Shown here one piece after another: positions 8,493 through 13,878 of a stretch of 13,878 nucleotides of DNA. Both the position numbers and the translations under genes were made by a program. Each line of letters opens with the position of its first letter. The first letter of the stretch is position 1. The stretch spans positions 1-13,878 of the forward strand of contig JBEPZZ010000045.1 in the NCBI GenBank assembly GCA_041640575.1. Reading direction: 5' to 3'. A model generated the notes under the pieces. That model saw only the letters and a program-made list of their open reading frames with translations, was not told the DNA's origin and searched no databases. Origin of the DNA: Pseudothermotoga sp. (GTDB lineage: Bacteria > Thermotogota > Thermotogae > Thermotogales > DSM-5069).

Positions 8493-9770
8493 TTATTCCA
8501 AAACATTTTCCACTCTTCGGACCACTTCATCGAAGCCCTTTGGGTCGCTTAAGGTTTCGACCTTACCATTTTTGTAGAGGAAGGATATAAAGTTGAAAAG
8601 TCTTTCGTATCTGATCTTATAGTACAAAGATTCCAACAGCCCTTGTGGATTTCCAGTCCAGGATTCAATGATTTTCTGCAGGAGATTTTTTGATGAATAA
8701 ATTCTTAGTCTGTCGATTTTCAAGAAAGAAGCCAAGAGCTCAAGGACCTTCGTGCAAATCAGTGTTGAATCATCTGAGAGTGCCAGCGTTTCCAACCTCA
8801 ATCTTGGAACAACTTGCTCAAGATACTGCTTTTCAGGTGGCAGGGCTGCATCTATTTTTATTCCAAGTAGCAAGCCTGCTACGTCTCTTTCTAGACTGCC
8901 CATCGACATAAAAAGTTCTCCAATCACATCGCTTGGTTCAAAGATGTAATACGAATCTCCTTTAACTTTGCCGAAAGCTGCTAATGTGTCTAAGTAACCC
9001 TCTAAGAGATACTTCCTTGAGACATCTGGTTCAAAGGTCAAAAGCGTTCCAAACTGCTCCCTAGGTCTTATGTACAAAATATTCGTGTTTATGAATGAAC
9101 GAATGTATTCAATAATGTCGGATACAGAATGAGTGCCTATATCCACAACAATTATTCTTTCATGTCCTTTTTCCTTTGCCATTCTAACTGGAATGTTGCT
9201 GTAGACTCCACCGTCTATGAAAATTTTTCCACCAATTTCTTCTCTTTTGAAAAGTGGAAAGTTTGCACTCGAGAGAATGTAATCAGCCAGTTTACCATCT
9301 GGTATGTCTTCAATATAAAGCATATAAGGCTTAAGTTCACTTACTGAATAGGCAACTAAGCCATAGTGAATCTTTGAATTTCTGATTTTATCTTCCGAAA
9401 GAAGTTCCCTAACTTTCTGCCTTAATGGTGAAACATCAATTCCACCCTCGGAGATTATCTTTCTTGCCGCATCTATAGCCTCTGGTATACTGAGATCAAG
9501 AAACTTGCCCTCAAGGATTTTTTTCACGGAATCTGGTATATTCATTACATCTTCAAAAGTTGCTTGAAGCCAGGCGCTCTTGGCAAATTCCAAATCACCA
9601 ATAGCTATTAGTGCTCCATTAATTGCTCCAACCGATGTACCATAAACTGCTGCTATTTCTACACCGAGATCATTCAATGCTTGCCAAACACCTATTTGAT
9701 AAGCGCCACGTCCTCCTCCACCTGAGAGCACTAACGCGACAGTTAAAGCTGTTGTTAAAACTTCGTTCAT
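8493..9770 (-). CDS. Patatin-like phospholipase
   Basis: LVLSGGGGRG oxyanion loop, GTSVG nucleophile motif, FIDGG catalytic Asp; GAGGTG SD. Confidence 0.92.
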   Translation of the reverse strand: MNEVLTTALTVALVLSGGGGRGAYQIGVWQALNDLGVEIAAVYGTSVGAINGALIAIGDLEFAKSAWLQATFEDVMNIPDSVKKILEGKFLDLSIPEAIDAARKIISEGGIDVSPLRQKVRELLSEDKIRNSKIHYGLVAYSVSELKPYMLYIEDIPDGKLADYILSSANFPLFKREEIGGKIFIDGGVYSNIPVRMAKEKGHERIIVVDIGTHSVSDIIEYIRSFINTNILYIRPREQFGTLLTFEPDVSRKYLLEGYLDTLAAFGKVKGDSYYIFEPSDVIGELFMSMGSLERDVAGLLLGIKIDAALPPEKQYLEQVVPRLRLETLALSDDSTLICTKVLELLASFLKIDRLRIYSSKNLLQKIIESWTGNPQGLLESLYYKIRYERLFNFISFLYKNGKVETLSDPKGFDEVVRRVENVLE

Positions 9771-10801
9771 TAATTCACCTCGATATTATTATATGCCGAA
9801 TATATACACAAAATTGTTCGTAAAGCAAAAGAATCGACAATGTGAATCAGTCACGAGTTTTAATTTTAATTACTGTGATTAAGGAATTTTCTCAACTCAT
9901 AGTAGAACTACTCGTAAAGAACCAAAGAAAAAACAAGATTTCTTTTGCAAATCATGATCTGTTTTAAAGTTTGCAAAGTTTACGCCAGAACTTTTGAAAA
10001 AGCAGTACATTCAAAGAGATTGCTGATTCTTTCAGTTTGTTTTTCCACTACAGTTGGCAGGAAGAAAGGTCCTAGGTTTAATGAATAATTGCTATATTTT
10101 GCGTGCAAAGTATGATGTACGCAATGTTGGTGAAACCAAGAATCGAAAGCTTTATAGTAACTTTGATATTCATTTTTGATGAAAATCTAGTTTCAGAGAT
10201 ACTGAATGCTTTCTAAAAGATAGTAAAGTTATTCTCTATATGTTTTTAAATTGCTAGCTTTGTTGCCTGCTGAGCAAGATTAACATAATGTCTGTTTATC
10301 AAACATTCAAATCTTTCAGCGTGACTATTGTCAGTTTCATTCTTGCTCATAAAAGGTTTGAACCTTCATACGACGATTTTTCTAGACCGATTATTTCAAA
10401 TTTGTAATTGCTTCACAATATCGACAGGTTTAGAGATAATTTCTTCTCGTATCAGCAAACAGTGCTGGTTAACTATGGTTTCAAGTAATTTAGTTAAGCC
10501 AAGATTTGACTGAAACTCCCACATTGCTATGTCATAGAACAAATCAAGTCTGTGTCGTACAACTTTTGTTCATAAGTTTTCGGAATGTATATAAACACAT
10601 CAAGTCAATCACCTATTATATAGTTCAACGATAGAATAACTGTATCGGAAAGCTTTGCCGAACTGATGTAAAACAGTTTAACAGAACTCAAGAAAACGAG
10701 AAAAACTGAGAAATCAAAAAAAAGAACGCGATCTGATAAGACTCATTGGGAAAGATCAGTGATAGATCTGAAAGTTAACTTATTCTTTTACCATGCAGGA
10801 C

Positions 10802-10830
10802 TTGATTTTTTGTGTTAACTGAGGTATACA
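10802..10830 (+). promoter_or_regulatory. Sigma70-type promoter of the ROK-ABC operon
   Basis: TTGATT (10802-10807), 17-bp spacer, TATACA (10825-10830). Confidence 0.65.
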
Positions 10831-10841
10831 AATATTTATAG

Positions 10842-10860
10842 AATCTTTCTCAGAAAGATT
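10842..10860. promoter_or_regulatory. Palindromic operator, probable ROK repressor site
   Basis: Perfect 9-bp inverted repeat AATCTTTCT-C-AGAAAGATT between the -10 and the SD (AGGAGAGG, 10868-10875). Confidence 0.8.
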
Positions 10861-10880
10861 ACCGTATAGGAGAGGTCTTA

Positions 10881-12035
10881 TTGGCGCGTAAAATCGATCC
10901 AAAATTCATGAAGCAAACTAACAAAAAGATGATCCTGAAATATTTAATTGAATCAGGCCCGATGAGTAGATCACAGTTGGTCAATCACACAAAACTTGCA
11001 AACAGCGCGGTTTGGAGAATAGTTCAAGAGCTAGAAAGCGAAGGAATAATATCTCGGAAAAGCTATTCTGAAAAAACAGCCACCAAGAATGCCGCTCTTT
11101 TCGGTCCATCAAGGTCATTTGCGTGTTCAATTGTTCTCGACGTTCAGGTGACACAATCAACTGTCGCCGTTGGTTTTTTAGATAAGAGTTGGAAGATCAT
11201 TGAAAGCTTCGAGACCAATGGGTTGGAAAAATTTCTTCAGGAGACCGACAAAGTTCTGAAAAAGCTTGTCAGTGATCAGATAGTTGATAGAAGCAAAACG
11301 ATCCTTTCGATTTCGGTTCCTGGTGTTGTTAACGAAGAAGGAACCATACTTTTTCGAGCTCCTAATTTGAACTGGAGAGATATCAATTTACTTGAAACCT
11401 TCTCAAAGTATGGTTTACAAGTAATAGCTGACAACGATGCTAATTTATCGCTCCTTGCGGAATGGTTCTTTTCAGAAGATGTGAAAAGATCCCAAAATGC
11501 CTTCTTTCTTTACTTTGGTGAAGGTGTTGGTGGTTAGTTGATAATAAACGGCAAAATTGTAAAAGGTAAAAACTTTGCAGCAGGAGAGGTAGGTCACACC
11601 ATCCTAGATGTTTCGGGCCTTGATTATGTAGAAGTGGAATCACTGCTTTCAATTTCTCGATTGATTGATAGATTCGAGAAACATACAAAACAATGGCAAA
11701 ACGGTGGTCTGAAGAAAAAGTTTGAAAAGTTTATCCAGAAATGGCGAGCAGGAGATAAATTTGCAAAGGAATTGGTCGAAGAATTCACCGATGCAGTAGC
11801 TGTAACCCTTTTGAACATTGGATACACAATAAACCCAGAGGTAATAGTATTTGGTGGGGTGATTAACAACCTTTGGGAGACTTTCGGAAACATACTGAGT
11901 AACAAGTTGAACAAACTTGACAAATACGAATTTCTCAAAGGAATCAGCTTCAGAGATACTATTTTCAAAGAAATATCTCCATCTTTAGTTGGATGTAATG
12001 TAGCAGCGATAGAAAGATTCATAACAATCATTTGA
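10881..12035 (+). pseudogene. ROK-family transcriptional repressor interrupted by an in-frame TAG (codon 219)
   Basis: N-terminal wHTH (GPMSRSQL...SAVWRIV); SVPGVV, APNLNW, DNDAN; GEGVGG*LIINGKIVKGKNFAAGEVGH is continuous across the TAG at 11535-11537. The two track ORFs are in the same frame and total 384 codons. Confidence 0.85.
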
Positions 12036-12083
12036 AAAAATTCAACCTTCAACCAGGTTTTACCTGAAAGGGGGGGATGTTTC

Positions 12084-13310
12084 ATGTGGAGAAAGCTTCT
12101 TGTGATATTTCTTGTGCTTGCTACTACATTATCCTTTGCCTCAAAACTTGAGATTTTCAGCTGGTGGACAGCTGGAGGAGAAGCAGAAGGTCTTCAAGAA
12201 TTATTCAGCATCTATGCGAGACTTTACCCAGGAGTGGAAATTATCAATGCAACTGTTGCTGGTGGTGCAGGAGCTCAAGCAAAGGCTGTATTGAAAACAA
12301 GGATGCTTGGAGGAGATCCACCTGACACTTTCCAGGTCCACGCTGGTCACGAATTGATCGATACTTGGGTTAAGACAGGATTCATGGAACCTTTGACTCA
12401 GCTTTTCATAAGCGAAGGCTGGACAAAAGTGATGCCCAAAGGAATTCTTGATATTGTCAGTTACGACGGAGATTACTGGTCGGTACCGGTAAACATTCAC
12501 AGAGCGAATGTTCTGTGGTACAACAAAGCAATCCTTCAGAAATACGGATTGAAACCACCTACGACATTTGACGAGTTCTTTGATATTGCAGAAAAACTTA
12601 AATCTCATGGGGTTATTCCTTTAGCTTTCGGGACAAAAGATGGATGGGAAGCAGCACATGTTTTTGAAACTGTGCTAATTGGGACACTTGGTGCACAGGG
12701 GTATAAAGGTTTATGGACCGGAGCAACAAAATGGTCAGATCCAAAGGTAACAGAAGCTTTGGAGATTTTTGCAAAGATGTTGAAGTATATCAATCCAGAT
12801 CACTCCGCGAGAACTTGGGATGAAGCGTGCGCACTTATTGTTGAAGGAAAAGCTGCAATGAACATAATGGGAGACTGGGCTGTTGGTTACTTCATGGCAA
12901 AAGGGTTTAAAGATTTTGGCTGGGTGCTTGCTCCAAACAATGCTGGGATTTTCGATGCGCTTTCTGATAGCTTTGGGTTACCAAAGGGAGCAAGAAACAA
13001 AGAGAACGTAATAGCTTTCCTCAAGGTCCTTGGGTCAAAGGAAGGCCAGGAAGCTTTCAATATCAAAAAGGGTTCGATTCCGGCAAGAATTGATGTTAAC
13101 AAAGATCTGTTCCCTGAATATCAAAAATCAGCTATGGATGATTGGTTGAAGCATGAAATAGTACCAAGTGTGATGCACGGTGCCGCAGCCTCAGAAAGCT
13201 GGGTTACGGAATTCAAAGATGTCATAGCCTTGTTCGTTGCAAGACCTGACGTCAAAACGACTCAAAGAGCTTTAGTGAACATCGCAAAAGGGCAGGGTGT
13301 ACCTCAATAA
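12084..13310 (+). CDS. Glucose/mannose-type CUT1 ABC transporter substrate-binding protein (GtsA/GlcE-like)
   Basis: Signal peptide; LEIFSWW, GGAG..AKAVLKTRMLGGDPPDTFQVHAG, VPVNIHR, IMGDWA, LSDSFGLPKGA and KGSIPAR closely match my recollection of the Thermus thermophilus glucose-binding protein. Confidence 0.92.
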   Translation: MWRKLLVIFLVLATTLSFASKLEIFSWWTAGGEAEGLQELFSIYARLYPGVEIINATVAGGAGAQAKAVLKTRMLGGDPPDTFQVHAGHELIDTWVKTGFMEPLTQLFISEGWTKVMPKGILDIVSYDGDYWSVPVNIHRANVLWYNKAILQKYGLKPPTTFDEFFDIAEKLKSHGVIPLAFGTKDGWEAAHVFETVLIGTLGAQGYKGLWTGATKWSDPKVTEALEIFAKMLKYINPDHSARTWDEACALIVEGKAAMNIMGDWAVGYFMAKGFKDFGWVLAPNNAGIFDALSDSFGLPKGARNKENVIAFLKVLGSKEGQEAFNIKKGSIPARIDVNKDLFPEYQKSAMDDWLKHEIVPSVMHGAAASESWVTEFKDVIALFVARPDVKTTQRALVNIAKGQGVPQ

Positions 13311-13317
13311 TTTTTTC

Positions 13318-13349
13318 ACAAGGGGGCGAGTTTGTTCTCGCCCTCTTGT
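13318..13349 (+). terminator. Intercistronic stem-loop (mRNA stabiliser or partial terminator)
   Basis: ACAAGGGGGCGAG-TTTGTT-CTCGCCCTCTTGT, a 13-bp stem with one G-U pair; only a weak U-tract follows. Confidence 0.75.
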
Positions 13350-13367
13350 CTTGTTGCGGAGGCTTCC

Positions 13368-13878
13368 ATGAGGGTTAGGAAAGACAAAATCATAGGATTT
13401 TTGTTCATCTTACCGTCGATAATTTTGGTATCTATATTCGTCTACGTTTTTATAGGTTGGACTGGTTGGGTATCACTCGTAAACTGGAGAGATATTTTCC
13501 CAGATTTTACCTTTATCGGTTTGAAGAACTATGAAAGGTTATTTCAAAATTTTAGATTCACAATATCTCTGAAAAACACTGTTGTATTCACAGCGCTTTT
13601 CCTAATTTCGAGTATATTGATAGGATTGTTGCTTGCCATTCTACTTGATCGAAAGATTCGATTTGAGGGTGTTTTTCGAACCATCTATTTGTTTCCAATG
13701 GCAATATCCTTCGTGGTAACCGGCGTGGTTTGGAGATGGATTCTCAACCCTGGCCCCGGTGTCGAAAGTGTTGGTTTAAACTTGCTTTTGGAAAAGATCG
13801 GATTGAGTTTCTTGAAGAGTGGTTGGTATACCGACCCGAGGATTGGAATAAAAGCTGTTGTGATAGCTGCGACTTGGC
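13368..13878 (+). CDS. Sugar ABC transporter permease (GtsB/UgpA-like), partial
   Basis: Manually translated: GGAGG SD at 13358, then MRVRKDKIIGFLFILPS...FIGLKNY...SLKNTVVF...FRTIYLFPMAISFVVTGVVWRWILNP..., open to the window end. Confidence 0.92.
   Translation, partial: MRVRKDKIIGFLFILPSIILVSIFVYVFIGWTGWVSLVNWRDIFPDFTFIGLKNYERLFQNFRFTISLKNTVVFTALFLISSILIGLLLAILLDRKIRFEGVFRTIYLFPMAISFVVTGVVWRWILNPGPGVESVGLNLLLEKIGLSFLKSGWYTDPRIGIKAVVIAATW

Noticed and set aside
9841..9855. TGTGA-ATCAG-TCACG as a Rex/CRP-like box
   Set aside because: The spacer is 5 bp rather than 6 and one arm is imperfect.
6063..10349. 12-bp identity CATTCTTGCTCA at 6063-6074 and 10338-10349
   Set aside because: It does not extend on either side; compatible with chance in 14 kb of AT-rich DNA.
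10547..10570. AAGTCTGTGTCGTAC as a third TGTCG array
   Set aside because: Only a single box; none at +20, +29 or +38.
9771..10880. Long AT-rich gap as replication origin or rRNA/tRNA locus
   Set aside because: No clustered DnaA-box-like repeats and no tRNA/rRNA signatures seen.
11535..11537. Genome-wide TAG recoding or pyrrolysine, since all nine complete reading frames end in TAA/TGA
   Set aside because: Only one internal TAG among more than 3,000 codons, at a small-residue position of a conserved motif; no pyl genes in view. A point mutation or error is simpler.
157..13102. Short antisense or alternative-frame ORFs in the track (e.g. 1182-1472, 3617-3967, 11624-12085, 12201-12608, 10328-10513)
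   Set aside because: Nearly all are shadows of well-supported genes; none shows a recognisable motif, and 10328-10513 lacks an SD.

Overview
Bacterial, AT-rich window with Thermotogales-like proteins and SD signals (taxon inferred). Minus-strand operon: UPF0173 MBL-fold hydrolase, PrcB_C-domain exported protein, and a 3'-truncated ORF missing from the ORF track that looks like a degenerate GH36 alpha-galactosidase. Divergent from it: a P-loop AAA+/archaeal-type ATPase with a probable C-terminal wHTH, then a PflX-like radical SAM protein. Convergent minus-strand genes: M28/DUF4910 peptidase, membrane GAF-GAF-GGDEF diguanylate cyclase, patatin. After a ~1.1 kb gene-free gap: a ROK repressor broken by an in-frame TAG, with a perfect palindromic operator, then a glucose-type CUT1 ABC binding protein and permease. 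Most notable: (1) an ungapped 49-bp direct repeat holding four TGTCG boxes (20/9/9 spacing) flanks the ATPase gene on both sides; (2) the nonsense-split ROK repressor; (3) the GH36 pseudoenzyme candidate.
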